A stretch of DNA of 64,000 nucleotides from Minisyncoccia bacterium (GTDB taxonomy: Bacteria > Patescibacteriota > Minisyncoccia > Phycocordibacterales > UBA918). The notes under the pieces were generated by a model. That model was given only the letters and a program-made list of their open reading frames with translations. It had not been told where the DNA came from and made no database searches. Shown piece after piece: positions 17,802 to 28,602 of the stretch. How positions within the stretch are numbered: position 1 is the first letter of the stretch; the number at the start of each line of letters is the position of its first letter. Location: the NCBI GenBank assembly GCA_046598345.1, contig JBKJIT010000004.1, positions 69,702 to 133,701 of the forward strand. Direction: 5' to 3'. Both the position numbers and the translations under genes were made by a program.

Positions 17802-20534
17802 ATGGAATTAGCTGGTGTAAAAAAGTTCTCATCACCTGAGGAAGAAATTTCGTATCTACGTGCTCAGATAGCTGAGCGCGAACAAGAGCTGCTCTCACGC
17901 AATAAAGAGATTGATCACGTTGATCATGAGACTATTGGTAAGGAGGTAATGCGTGAATATGGCGAGCATGATCCGTCAGTCATCTTGCACGATACTCACA
18001 CCCTCAAAGGACAGGAGTTTGCGGAATCGCTCCACATTTCAGAGGTTGCTGGAGACCCGATTGCAGAAGTCGTAAAGATTGCATATGAGAAAGGCGTGAG
18101 AAATGCGATGTCGGTCCTCGAGCGTTTAGGAGATGCGTTTCTTACTGACGAGGTACACAAGCGACTTATTGCGGATATTCGAACAGGGAAGGAGGTTGCG
18201 GATTTGAAGGAAGGTGCTCCCATGTGGAAGCTACTCCACATGACACTTTTTGAAGTTGCCCTTCCCGAGCATGCAGATGAGGGAGCTGAGACAAATTTAA
18301 AGACACTACTTTCTGCCATGGAGCAGTTTTATTCGGGCATGCAGACACTTGGGAGTGGAAAATCCCCAAAGCATTACACGCTCGAAGTTGCGGTAGCAGA
18401 TAACAGCGACGACATTGTGTTTTACGTGGGCGTGCCCAACGAGTTTGTGAATCTGTTTGAAAAGCAGGCGCTCTCACTGTTTCCCACAGCACAGCTCATT
18501 CTTCAGCAGAATGACTACAACATTTTTGTTGAAGGTGGAACGCATGAAGTATCTATAGGAATGCAACGAAAGCATTCTATATATCCACTGAGGCTTTACG
18601 AGCAGTTTGAAAACGATCCCCTCAATGTGATCCTAAACGCGTTCTCGAAGATTGAACGCGTGGGCGGAGGCGCAGCAATGCAACTTCTCATTGAGGGTGG
18701 GGCAAGCAAATATCGTGAGTCGTACACAGGTATTCAAAAGCGAGTAGAGAAAGGGGAGAAGATTGAGATCGCCATTCGAAAGGATTCTTTTGCGGGGAGT
18801 ATGTACGAAAATCTAAAGGATGTGTTTGTGCCGGGGAAAGAAAAAAAGGATGGTGAACCAGAAAAGCCAAAGGAAATAAAGACGGACCTGCTCGAAGAAT
18901 TTAAAAAGAAGATGAATGCGCCGACGCTTGCAACAAACATTCGACTCATTGCCTCAGCGCATACGAAGGAGCGGGCTGACCAGATACTTACTGAACTCGA
19001 ATCGGGTTTTCATCAATTTGAAAACACTTCCGGAAATAAGTTTTCGTGGAAGCGAGCACAGGGAAGTACTAAAGCACGGGTGCTAAAGGCATTCTCATTT
19101 CGAGAGTTTGAACCCTCGCAGATCATGCCGCTCTCTATTGCGGAAATTGCAACGATTCTCCATTTCCCAGCAGAAGGAGTTGAGTCATCACCGCAATTTA
19201 AGCAATCGAAAGCAAAGAAAGCACCAGCACCCGTTGATATGCCACAGCACGGCACCCTCCTTGGGGTGAATGAATTCCGAAATAAGGAGACACAGATATA
19301 CCTCACGCCCGAGGATAGGCTTCGACATTTCTATGTTATTGGACAGACAGGAACTGGAAAGACCACGATCCTTAAAAATATGATCGTGCAGGATATTCTT
19401 GATGGCGGAGGCGTCTGCATGATCGATCCGCATGGCACGGACATTCTCGATGTGCTGTCTGCAATCCCCGAAGCTCGCCTCGATGATGTTATCTACTTTG
19501 ATCCCTCCAATATGGAACGTGTCATGGGGCTTAATATGCTTGAGTTTGATCCAAAATTCCCAGAACAGAAAACCTTTGTGGTGAACGAACTCTTTTCAAT
19601 TTTTCAGAAACTCTACGGTGCGAATCCTGAGTCGATGGGACCGATGTTTGAGCAATATTTCAGAAACGCGACGCTTCTAGTACTTGAGGATCCTGATTCA
19701 GGCAGTACACTTCTCGACATATCTCGCGTTATGGCTGATGCTGACTATCGCAACATGAAGCTCGCGAAGGCGACGAATCCAGTTGTTGTGCAATTCTGGA
19801 AGACGATTGCAACCAAGGCCGGCGGCGAGGCATCGCTTGAGAATATTGTTCCGTATATCGTATCTAAATTTGATGTGTTCACGGCAAACGACTATATGCG
19901 TCCCATAATCGGCCAACAGAAATCATCTTTCAACTTCCGGGACATCATGGATTCACAGAAGATACTGCTCGTTAACCTCTCGAAAGGCCGACTTGGGGAA
20001 ATAAATGCCAACCTCATTGGCATGATCATTGTCGGTAAGATTCTCATGGCAGCTCTCTCGCGTGTGGATGATACTACGAAAGGATATCCACCTTTCTATC
20101 TCTATATAGATGAGTTCCAGAACGTAACAACGAATTCAATTGCATCTATCTTGTCGGAAGCAAGAAAATATAAATTGGGGCTTACTGTCGCGCATCAATT
20201 TATTGCTCAAATTGATGAGAAAATTAAGGATGCAGTGTTTGGTAATGTTGGATCTATGGCAGCCTTCCGCGTGGGTGTAGATGATGCAGAGTATCTCACT
20301 TCACAATTTGCACCGGTGTTTGAACAAACTGACCTAATGAATGTTGAAAATTTCAACGCGTACGTGCGGCTACTTTCAAATGGTTCTCCCACAAAACCAT
20401 TTAGCTTGCGCACGATGTCACCGCACACCACTGATCCTGCGTACGCCGAGAAGGTAATAGAGTACTCACACTTTAAGTACGGAACATCGAGGGAGGAGGT
20501 TGATAGGGCAATACGAGCCAGGTACATGATGTGA
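17802..20534 (+). CDS. VirD4/TraD-like coupling ATPase
   Basis: DR.RH.Y.IGQTGTGKT, IDPHG, LYIDEFQN, SEARKY...L..AHQ, VFGNVG. Confidence 0.85.
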   Translation: MELAGVKKFSSPEEEISYLRAQIAEREQELLSRNKEIDHVDHETIGKEVMREYGEHDPSVILHDTHTLKGQEFAESLHISEVAGDPIAEVVKIAYEKGVRNAMSVLERLGDAFLTDEVHKRLIADIRTGKEVADLKEGAPMWKLLHMTLFEVALPEHADEGAETNLKTLLSAMEQFYSGMQTLGSGKSPKHYTLEVAVADNSDDIVFYVGVPNEFVNLFEKQALSLFPTAQLILQQNDYNIFVEGGTHEVSIGMQRKHSIYPLRLYEQFENDPLNVILNAFSKIERVGGGAAMQLLIEGGASKYRESYTGIQKRVEKGEKIEIAIRKDSFAGSMYENLKDVFVPGKEKKDGEPEKPKEIKTDLLEEFKKKMNAPTLATNIRLIASAHTKERADQILTELESGFHQFENTSGNKFSWKRAQGSTKARVLKAFSFREFEPSQIMPLSIAEIATILHFPAEGVESSPQFKQSKAKKAPAPVDMPQHGTLLGVNEFRNKETQIYLTPEDRLRHFYVIGQTGTGKTTILKNMIVQDILDGGGVCMIDPHGTDILDVLSAIPEARLDDVIYFDPSNMERVMGLNMLEFDPKFPEQKTFVVNELFSIFQKLYGANPESMGPMFEQYFRNATLLVLEDPDSGSTLLDISRVMADADYRNMKLAKATNPVVVQFWKTIATKAGGEASLENIVPYIVSKFDVFTANDYMRPIIGQQKSSFNFRDIMDSQKILLVNLSKGRLGEINANLIGMIIVGKILMAALSRVDDTTKGYPPFYLYIDEFQNVTTNSIASILSEARKYKLGLTVAHQFIAQIDEKIKDAVFGNVGSMAAFRVGVDDAEYLTSQFAPVFEQTDLMNVENFNAYVRLLSNGSPTKPFSLRTMSPHTTDPAYAEKVIEYSHFKYGTSREEVDRAIRARYMM

Positions 20535-20695
20535 CCAGGAATTAACGAGCGCAGCGACTATAGTTCCTCTGTCCGTCATAAAATTTTATTCCTAATAAAT
20601 TTTAGGACGCAGTCCACGTTTATAGTTTCTGAAAATAGGTTATCAACTTATATTTCACGCACGCGAAAGTTCACGAGTGTTATACTGTAGGTGAT

Positions 20696-22645
20696 ATGGC
20701 GGAGGTACGTACGTCTCATAGGAGCGCTCCTTCACATGTGGCTCAGACATCCACATCACCTTTTGATATGCGGAGCTGGCAAGGCTTGACTTCAGTTCTA
20801 CAGATGGGAAGAGATGCAGGATTGAATGCTGGAGAGTATGCACAGTTTCGTGATTTAGTACTTTCATACGCGCAAAGTGGTGGTGATGCAGGAATTAAAA
20901 CAAAGATTGATACTGCAATTGCGGGATTTACTAAAAAGGAGACGAAAGCACCCGTGCAGGAAGAGAAGGATAGAGGGGAGGAGAAGAGAAAGGGTGCATC
21001 TCCTGCTGCTCAAAAACAGAATGTTGAACCACGCGTCGTGACTATTTCAAGCGATCGTATGCGTGGCGGCCGACCAGCTCCTACGTTTGCGGGTACCGGA
21101 GCTACAAGCGCACATCTTCCTGAGGCTACAGAAATAAAAGCTGAACCAATACCGAAACTTGTCCCTTTGATGCCCGTGCCTAGAGAATCGAAGGAGGATT
21201 CTAAAAAAGAACCCAAAGTCACAACGCCGCAATCTTCTTTGCCGACCCCTAGAGAGGAATTACCTACTCAGGAATTAACAGATGCGCCAGTGACTCCCAC
21301 ATCAAATCCCCTAATGATTACTACAGAGCCCATAGCACAAGAAAACTCCAAAGACGCGCGTGCCGAAAAGATCTGGGCTGAAGAGGAAGAGAAAGGTACG
21401 AAGGATGCGCCTCTGCCGGAGGTAGCTCTTCCAATATCTCCGATTCCTGAGGTTGCAACGGTCATTCCACCACAAGCTCCTCCATCCGCTCAGTCTATTG
21501 AGCAATTTAAAGCACGTATTACTGAGATTAAACGTACTGTGCATAGCACAATAGGAAACCCCGTGACGCTCATGGATGCGGGGAATCAGGTGGGACGAGC
21601 GTATATGAACGCGCTACTTGTTGCACTGAAGTCTACCGGAGGAGGTTCACCCGTTCCGGTTGAAGAAGCAATGCGTAAGCTTGAAGATTCGTTTGAAGCG
21701 CTTCAGAAACTAGGAAAACCAGATCGTGCGGAAACGCCAGTCCCGAGAGCTGCATCTGAACCTCGCGTAGAGAAGGAGGTCGTTCCAATTCCCGAACAAA
21801 TATCGAAAGCGGTGCCCGTAGAACCACGAGTTGAGGTTCAAAGTCCACCAAAGGTTCAAGTGCCAATTCCTCCACCTCCTCCAATACTGAAAAAAGAATC
21901 GGCGATAGTTCCTCCTGTGGAAATTAAATCAGCCCCGAAGCGAGCGGAGGAAATTCCCGTTGCGTCACCAAGGGTACGAACCGAGAGCAATCCACCATTG
22001 AATCTTCCGATTGATGAAAAGGAAACGATTGAAATTCCCGTGAAGAAGTCTGCGCCCATTCAACCACCGGTTACATCAGAAAAATTGGATGTGCCCCCCC
22101 GAAAGATTTCTGAAACACCAAACAGTACACCGATTCCAGTAATGCCTGTGAAAGTTGCTGAAGAAATTTCGAGCATGCCCACAGTCACCCCACTTTCGAC
22201 AACAAGACCACCCACATCTAGTGTGGAGCCAAAGATTCCAGTACCCGACCCACTTGTCTCTTCGCCCCACTATAGTACTGTGACAGAACTCAGCACTATT
22301 CCAGTGCATCACACTACGCTAGAAGTGGAACTCGATACTGATGAAATTACAGTTGCACTGTATCAACTCCTCCATGAGTGGAGTATTTTTAGAAGCAGCG
22401 GCATGTTTGGTACAGGTCCAGGCGGCGCGGACCACCCACTCTATAAAAAGATTTCAAACCTACCGATGCTCACGGTCTCAAATGGGGGATGGGGTGATGC
22501 TAAGCCTGACGAGCGACAATCGATTCGGGATTATATTAATGCGTGGCGACACGAACAGAGCATCTCGTACAACCCAATGGAAAGTTTTGAACACTATTTG
22601 CGACGAGTGATTCAGCGTGTACAAAGAAGACAGGCTAGGAACTAA
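20696..22645 (+). CDS. Hypothetical Pro/Glu-rich protein with three ordered islands
   Basis: 649-aa ORF; low-complexity linkers separate N-terminal, middle and C-terminal folded-looking segments. Confidence 0.75.
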   Translation: MAEVRTSHRSAPSHVAQTSTSPFDMRSWQGLTSVLQMGRDAGLNAGEYAQFRDLVLSYAQSGGDAGIKTKIDTAIAGFTKKETKAPVQEEKDRGEEKRKGASPAAQKQNVEPRVVTISSDRMRGGRPAPTFAGTGATSAHLPEATEIKAEPIPKLVPLMPVPRESKEDSKKEPKVTTPQSSLPTPREELPTQELTDAPVTPTSNPLMITTEPIAQENSKDARAEKIWAEEEEKGTKDAPLPEVALPISPIPEVATVIPPQAPPSAQSIEQFKARITEIKRTVHSTIGNPVTLMDAGNQVGRAYMNALLVALKSTGGGSPVPVEEAMRKLEDSFEALQKLGKPDRAETPVPRAASEPRVEKEVVPIPEQISKAVPVEPRVEVQSPPKVQVPIPPPPPILKKESAIVPPVEIKSAPKRAEEIPVASPRVRTESNPPLNLPIDEKETIEIPVKKSAPIQPPVTSEKLDVPPRKISETPNSTPIPVMPVKVAEEISSMPTVTPLSTTRPPTSSVEPKIPVPDPLVSSPHYSTVTELSTIPVHHTTLEVELDTDEITVALYQLLHEWSIFRSSGMFGTGPGGADHPLYKKISNLPMLTVSNGGWGDAKPDERQSIRDYINAWRHEQSISYNPMESFEHYLRRVIQRVQRRQARN

Positions 22646-22727
22646 CGAGCGCACTATTGAACGAGTAGCTTGTAAGGATTACATTGGTTCCCTTTGAAGG
22701 AGTTATGGTATCAGGCATAATACAGGA

Positions 22728-23321
22728 ATGACACACCATGCAGTGGGCATAATTGGGGATGCAGAAGGAGCACTTCTCTCAATACCCGAAGAAGATCGGG
22801 AGGCCGGAGTGGATGTTACCGCTTTCAAATACCGACAGCTCACTATCGCTGATGCACGCGCGCTAAATAATCTTGCAGCACAACGACCGTTTCAAAAGCC
22901 AGAACGAATTTTCATCCTGACATTTGAGAGTGCCACAACTGAAGCGCAAAATGCTCTTTTGAAGCTCTTTGAAGAACCCACTCTTACCTCGCGGTTCTAT
23001 CTCATCTTTCCCCTAGAAGATGTTCTTCTACCAACACTTCGTTCGAGACTTATGCTGAAGCAAGTGATTCATACGAATGCGGAAGGCGCATTGGCAAAAG
23101 AATTTCTCCGCGCATCCTACGCAGAACGACTCGAACTGATTGCCGCAAAGCTGAAGGATACAGAAGAAACATGGAGCCTAAATCTGATACGCGAACTAGA
23201 ATATGAAGTACGAGGGAAGGGAAAAACGGGGGCAGAAGCCTTGGTATTTATTGCAGAATATATGCGTGCACCTGGTGCATCCAAGAAAATGCTTCTCGAA
23301 CATCTGGCACTTTCACTTTGA
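22728..23321 (+). CDS. holB: DNA polymerase III delta-prime-like subunit (short form)
   Basis: I.DAR.L, T.EAQNALLK..EEP, LLPTLRSR. Confidence 0.8.
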   Translation: MTHHAVGIIGDAEGALLSIPEEDREAGVDVTAFKYRQLTIADARALNNLAAQRPFQKPERIFILTFESATTEAQNALLKLFEEPTLTSRFYLIFPLEDVLLPTLRSRLMLKQVIHTNAEGALAKEFLRASYAERLELIAAKLKDTEETWSLNLIRELEYEVRGKGKTGAEALVFIAEYMRAPGASKKMLLEHLALSL

Positions 23322-23351
23322 AGACGAGCGAAATTGCGCTACGATAGTGAC

Positions 23352-23903
23352 ATGAGATACGATTTTAAGACATTTGATGCACGCGCGAAAGGAGTTACTG
23401 AGTGGCTCGTGAAGGAATTTTCTGCTGTTCGAACGGGACGTGCAACCCCAGCGCTCCTGGATTTAGTGCGTGTCGAATCCTACGGTAGTCGAGTTCCACT
23501 CAATCAAGTTGGGTCAGTTACGATTGAAGATCCTCGAACGCTGCGGGTAGTACCATGGGATGGCTCACAAATTAAAGCCGTCGAACGCGCAATTGTTGAG
23601 GCTGATCTTGGCATTTCTCCGATCACAGATTCAACTGGTATTCGAGTTATGTTTCCGGAACTTACGAGTGAGCGCCGTGAGCAGCTTCTTCGACTTGCTA
23701 AAATGAAACTGGAAGAGGCCCGGGTGTCACTTCGGGGTTCACGTGATGATATCCTTAAAGATATGGAGGCAAAGGAAAAGAATAATGAATTGAGTAAAGA
23801 TGAGCGTTTTGCAGCAAAGGAAGAGCTTCAGAAAAAGATCGATTCCTGTAATGGGGAACTCAACTCAATGTTTGAGGCCAAAGAGAAGGAAATTGTAGAA
23901 TAA
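23352..23903 (+). CDS. frr: Ribosome recycling factor
   Basis: RTGRA.P..LD...VE.YG, P.LT.ERR, E.A.V..R..R. Confidence 0.95.
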   Translation: MRYDFKTFDARAKGVTEWLVKEFSAVRTGRATPALLDLVRVESYGSRVPLNQVGSVTIEDPRTLRVVPWDGSQIKAVERAIVEADLGISPITDSTGIRVMFPELTSERREQLLRLAKMKLEEARVSLRGSRDDILKDMEAKEKNNELSKDERFAAKEELQKKIDSCNGELNSMFEAKEKEIVE

Positions 23904-23909
23904 TATCGT

Positions 23910-25004
23910 ATGTCAATTCTTATTTTTATTGCCGTGCTTTTTGCGCTCGTTCTCGTGCATGAATGGGGACATTTTTTTGTTGCAAAGAAGACAGGTATGC
24001 GTGTGGATGAATTCGGTATTGGTTTTCCTCCAAAGCTTTTTGGGATTAAAAAGGGGGAGACACTCTACTCTATAAATGCGCTGCCGATTGGTGGGTTTGT
24101 TAAAATTTTCGGAGAAGATGCAGTTGTGGGAGAGGGAGAAACTTCACAAAGTGGATCCTTCACTTCTAAAAGTAAGTGGGCTCAAACAGCGGTGCTCGTT
24201 GCTGGAGTTGGAATGAACATTCTCTTCGCGTGGTTTTTGTTTGTGATTGCGCTCAGTGTTGGAGTTGAGTCCGCGGTGAGTGAAGCGGAGGCTGGTCCTG
24301 ATGCGAGACTCATTGTTTCCCAAGTGCTTCCTGATTCTCCTGCAGCACTCGCAAAGATTCCAACAGGTGCCATCATTACGAGCGTACAAGATAGCGAGGG
24401 CAATACTCCGAGCGCGCTGTTCCCTTCAGCATTTAGTGAATTTGCAACCTCGCACGGCACAGAAATGCTCACCATCACCTATCAGGTGGGGGATGAAATG
24501 TTCCTCACAACCCTCTCGCCCAAACAGGGAATTATTGCCTCAGATCCAGAGCGTGCGGCGATTGGTGTGCAACTCACTACTATTGAAGTTGTGCGCGAGC
24601 CATTCCATAAAGCTATTACGAAGGGTTTCATGCTTACGGTTACGAGTCTCAAAGAAATCACCGTTGGTATGTGGGGACTTCTTCGCGACGCCGTTACCCT
24701 TAAGGCTGACCTCACGAACGTCGCAGGGCCAGTCGGTATTGTGGGGATGGTGGGCGAAGCGTCCGCTCTTGGCGTGACGTCACTCGTTATGTTTACTGCG
24801 TTCATCTCGCTTAATCTCGCTGTCATTAACCTACTCCCGTTCCCAGCACTCGATGGAGGACGACTTCTATTCGTCATCATTGAAGCGGTGAAACGCTCTC
24901 CGATTAATCCCCGCTATGTCATGATACTTAATACTGTTGGATTTATGATGCTTATGGCTTTGATGGCGGCTATTACCTGGAACGACATCGCTAAAATAAT
25001 CTAA
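23910..25004 (+). CDS. rseP: Site-2 protease RseP (M50, PDZ)
   Basis: HEWGH, EFGIGFPP, GPVGI, NLLPFPALDGG. Confidence 0.95.
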   Translation: MSILIFIAVLFALVLVHEWGHFFVAKKTGMRVDEFGIGFPPKLFGIKKGETLYSINALPIGGFVKIFGEDAVVGEGETSQSGSFTSKSKWAQTAVLVAGVGMNILFAWFLFVIALSVGVESAVSEAEAGPDARLIVSQVLPDSPAALAKIPTGAIITSVQDSEGNTPSALFPSAFSEFATSHGTEMLTITYQVGDEMFLTTLSPKQGIIASDPERAAIGVQLTTIEVVREPFHKAITKGFMLTVTSLKEITVGMWGLLRDAVTLKADLTNVAGPVGIVGMVGEASALGVTSLVMFTAFISLNLAVINLLPFPALDGGRLLFVIIEAVKRSPINPRYVMILNTVGFMMLMALMAAITWNDIAKII

Positions 25005-25119
25005 ATCGCGAGAAAGTATCATCTACTTTGTTGCTTTCGCCATTCACGCATTCACCGTATGTATATACGGCTCACGTGTTAATAGCTTAGCGCCTCGCAT
25101 CTAATACCTTCTCGCGATT
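25004..25119 (+). repeat. Structured stop-codon-associated element, copy C (after rseP)
   Basis: AATCGCGAGAA..CATCTACTTTGTTG..TCACCGTAT/ATACGGCTC..CGCCTCGCATCTAA..TTCTCGCGATT. Confidence 0.85.
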
Positions 25120-25340
25120 CAGAAACATACACTTAGGTTATCGCAAACAGTTGGTAAATCCGGCAGTGGCTGGAGCAAATCGAAAGTATCAACGCGTCTA
25201 AGGTCCGTAGGAAAGACAAAAGATCTATACTACAGGCCTTTTGTTATTGTATTTTGACCCTTCCTTCAGTTCCGAGGTAGAATGCTGGGGCAGATGGAGG
25301 TATACACCCCTGTGCGCTTTTATTGTTAACCAACATTTTC

Positions 25341-26615
25341 ATGAGACAATCGCAACTCTTCACTAAGACACGAAAAGAAGTCCCTGCTGATGAGGTTTCC
25401 AAAAACGCGCAACTCCTTATAAGTGCAGGCTACATTCATAAAGAAATGGCTGGAGTCTATTCGTATTTGCCACTTGGCATTCGAGTTCTTCAAAATATTG
25501 AAACTGTTGTGCGTGAGGAGATGAATATGATTGGAGGGCAGGAAATTCGGATGGCAACACTTCACCCGTCCGAGCCATGGAAGCAAACGGGCGCGTGGGA
25601 CAGTGTCGACGTGGTTTTTAAAATAATGAGTCGAACAGAAAAGGAATACACTATTGGGCAGAGCGAAGAAGAAATTGTCACACCCATTGCTAAGGAGTAC
25701 GTGAAATCATACAAGGATTTGCCTCTCGCTATTTACCAGATAGGACAGAAGTATCGCGATGAGCTCCGTGCAAAGAGCGGCATCATGCGGGGGCGAGAGT
25801 TCACTATGAAGGACATGTACTCGTTCCATGAAACGCAGGAGGATTTTGATCGATTTTATACTCTCGCAAAAGAGGCGTACCTAAAAGTGTATGAACGACT
25901 TGGTCTCATTGCAAAGGCAACGGAAGCATCTGGGGGAGCTTTCACAAAAAAACTCTCCTATGAATTTATGGTACTTACGAGTGCAGGTGAAGACGATGTT
26001 CTTTACTGCAGTTCTTGTTCATACTGTGTGAATGTAGAAATTAGTGATCAGAAAGAAGGCGATGCGTGCACGCGGTGCGGAAATGGATTCCTCTCTCGTG
26101 CTACTGCATCAGAGGTGGGGAATATATTTGACCTTGGGACTAAGTATGCACAAGACTTCTCCGTAACCTTCAAGGATAGAGAAGGTAACGAACAACACCC
26201 GATAATGGGGTGCTTTGGTATTGGAATCACGAGACTCATGGGAGTTATTGCTGAAACATTTAATGATGATAAAGGAATCATCTGGCCAGAATCAGTGGCA
26301 CCGTTCAAAGTACATCTCGTAGGACTTAATGGCGAAGATGCTGAGATTAAAGATTGGACTGATGGAATCTATGATTCACTTCGTCGCCAGCATGTCGAAG
26401 TTCTCTACGATGATCGCGACGCACGAACGGGAGAGAAATTTGCCGACAGTGATCTCTTGGGTATTCCATATCGTGTAGTTGTGAGTAAGCGTGCGCGGGA
26501 AGAGGGGAAGTTTGAGGTGGTGCGGCGAAGAGACGGAGAAGTGAGCACACTCACTGAGGAAGAACTCTTTGCCCGCTTTAGCCCGGACCAAGTCACAGAC
26601 GAAGAATCAATATAA
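25341..26615 (+). CDS. proS: Prolyl-tRNA synthetase (short form, no editing domain)
   Basis: MRQSQLF, GVYSYLP.G, KYRDE.R...G..RGREF.MKD.YSF, EVG.IF.LG.KY, MGCFGIG. Confidence 0.95.
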   Translation: MRQSQLFTKTRKEVPADEVSKNAQLLISAGYIHKEMAGVYSYLPLGIRVLQNIETVVREEMNMIGGQEIRMATLHPSEPWKQTGAWDSVDVVFKIMSRTEKEYTIGQSEEEIVTPIAKEYVKSYKDLPLAIYQIGQKYRDELRAKSGIMRGREFTMKDMYSFHETQEDFDRFYTLAKEAYLKVYERLGLIAKATEASGGAFTKKLSYEFMVLTSAGEDDVLYCSSCSYCVNVEISDQKEGDACTRCGNGFLSRATASEVGNIFDLGTKYAQDFSVTFKDREGNEQHPIMGCFGIGITRLMGVIAETFNDDKGIIWPESVAPFKVHLVGLNGEDAEIKDWTDGIYDSLRRQHVEVLYDDRDARTGEKFADSDLLGIPYRVVVSKRAREEGKFEVVRRRDGEVSTLTEEELFARFSPDQVTDEESI

Positions 26616-26636
26616 TGAGAGTGATGGAAATGTGCC

Positions 26637-27710
26637 GTGATTAAAAAACTTCTTACATTAATTGATAAAGGATTGGAGTCAATCTCAACGGATATTGGTA
26701 TTGACTTAGGGACTGCAAATACGCTTGTCTACGTAAAGGGAAAAGGAATCATTCTTAACGAACCGACGATCGTCGCAATTAACCGGAAAACCGGACAGCT
26801 TGTTGCAGTAGGTGCGGAAGCTAAGTCTATGCTTGGTCGCACGCCTGGGCACATTGAGGTAATTCGACCACTTGTCGGGGGAGTTATTTCAGACTTTGAG
26901 GTGACCGAAGAAATGCTTGCGTACTTGATCGCAAAGGTGCGCACGGGCACACGCTCAATTGTTGCGCCGCGCGTTTTGATTGGAGTGCCGTCAGGGATTA
27001 CCAATGTTGAGATGCGCGCAGCGCGTGATGCGGCGAGGAATGCTGGTGCGCGTGATGTGTTTCTCATTGAAGAGCCTGTTGCTGCTGCCATTGGTGCAAA
27101 GCTTCCAGTTCACAAGCCACAGGGGAGCATGATTATTGATATTGGTGGTGGTACGACTGATATCGCCGTCATTTCCTTAAATGGAATTGTGGTTGCTAAG
27201 AATCTAAAGATTGCCGGCGATCGCCTCAATGAAGACATAGTGTCGTACATCCGTGATCAGTTTAAGGTGCTCGTGGGAGATCGGACTGCGGAGGATGCAA
27301 AGATCGCGCTCGCATCTGTGGAGGATAACGGTGAGTCAAAAGAAATTATTGTGCGTGGACGCGATGTGGTCACGGGGCTTCCACGCGAAGTAGTCATTAC
27401 TGATTCAGATATCAGGGAAGCAATTGCGGGGTCGATAAACTCCATTATTGAAGCAGCGCGAGACGTCATTGAAAAAACACCGCCTGAGGTATTGTCCGAC
27501 GTGATGCAACGGGGCATCTACCTCTCAGGCGGAGGTGCGCTCATTCCTGGAGTAGGGAAGCTTCTCGAAGAAATCCTCAAGCTTCCGGTCGTCATTGTGC
27601 CCGATCCACTTCGTGCGGTCGTACGAGGTACAGGAATTGTCCTCGAAAATTTTGAAGAATATGCAGAACTTCTCATTGAAAATGAAGGGGAACTCACCCC
27701 AGAACTCTAG
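26637..27710 (+). CDS. mreB: Rod shape protein MreB (mre operon copy)
   Basis: DIGIDLGTAN, IDIGGGT, GGGAL. Confidence 0.95.
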   Translation: MIKKLLTLIDKGLESISTDIGIDLGTANTLVYVKGKGIILNEPTIVAINRKTGQLVAVGAEAKSMLGRTPGHIEVIRPLVGGVISDFEVTEEMLAYLIAKVRTGTRSIVAPRVLIGVPSGITNVEMRAARDAARNAGARDVFLIEEPVAAAIGAKLPVHKPQGSMIIDIGGGTTDIAVISLNGIVVAKNLKIAGDRLNEDIVSYIRDQFKVLVGDRTAEDAKIALASVEDNGESKEIIVRGRDVVTGLPREVVITDSDIREAIAGSINSIIEAARDVIEKTPPEVLSDVMQRGIYLSGGGALIPGVGKLLEEILKLPVVIVPDPLRAVVRGTGIVLENFEEYAELLIENEGELTPEL

Positions 27711-28599
27711 AGTAAAACGGGTAATACGTCTGGCGCTTTTTTGTGTGGGAATATTAGCCCTCGTGTATTTTTTTGAAGGAGTCATAGGTCGATTAGGTGC
27801 CGTTATTACGACTCCGATGTACGCAGTTACAAGCTGGTTTCATGAATCAACAGCACCGCTCCCACAGTATCTCCGCGATCGGAGCGAACTCCTCAGTGAA
27901 ATTGACCGACTGAAGAAAGAGCTCGCTGCACGAACGGGCAGTGATGCAGTCATAGGCCGCCTCGCAGGTGAAAATGAGGCGCTAAGGTCACTCCTTGGGA
28001 ATGGGGATGAGAGTCCCCGCATTGCAGCAGGAGTGATTGCACGACCTCCAGGTATTCCATACGATGCACTTCTTATTGATCAGGGAAGCGTGGATGGTAT
28101 TGAGGAAGGTACGGTCGTGTACCATGCGCACGATGAGACGATTGGATTTGTAAGTAAAGTGTTTGAAAAAAGTGCGCTCGTTACCTTATTTTCCACACCG
28201 GGTGTAAAGGGAACTGCGTACATTTTTGGTCCAAACATTTTTGTGCGAATGTTTGGAGAGGGGGGTGGCGTTTTAAGACTCAGTGTTCCTCAAGGAATTT
28301 CGATTAAGGTAGGTGACGTCGTTGTGCTCCCCACCCTTGAGGCAGGAATTTTGGGGCTCGTGAGTGAGGTGCGATCGGTTCCTACGGAACCTGAACAGGA
28401 AGCATTTGTGACCTTCGAACGTCCGATTCAGTCTATATACCGTGTCGCAGTAAGTACGCGGAAACTCGAAAGCATCACCTTTGAGGAAGCTGAACGTTTT
28501 ATTGCTGCATGGGAATACCATGCGCTAGGAATTGATATTCCTATAACGCCGTATCCCACCCAGGGCGCCACAAGTAGCACAAGTACAGCCCCACAATAA
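27682..28599 (+). CDS. mreC: Rod shape protein MreC
   Basis: TM, coiled coil ending ENEALR.LL, A.VI.RP....D...ID.G..DG; follows mreB. Confidence 0.85.
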   Translation: MKGNSPQNSRVKRVIRLALFCVGILALVYFFEGVIGRLGAVITTPMYAVTSWFHESTAPLPQYLRDRSELLSEIDRLKKELAARTGSDAVIGRLAGENEALRSLLGNGDESPRIAAGVIARPPGIPYDALLIDQGSVDGIEEGTVVYHAHDETIGFVSKVFEKSALVTLFSTPGVKGTAYIFGPNIFVRMFGEGGGVLRLSVPQGISIKVGDVVVLPTLEAGILGLVSEVRSVPTEPEQEAFVTFERPIQSIYRVAVSTRKLESITFEEAERFIAAWEYHALGIDIPITPYPTQGATSSTSTAPQ

Positions 28600-28602
28600 C
28601 CT

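Noticed and set aside
25125-25340. T-box riboswitch upstream of proS
   Set aside because: No GGTGGNACC T-box motif and no terminator/antiterminator pair was seen.
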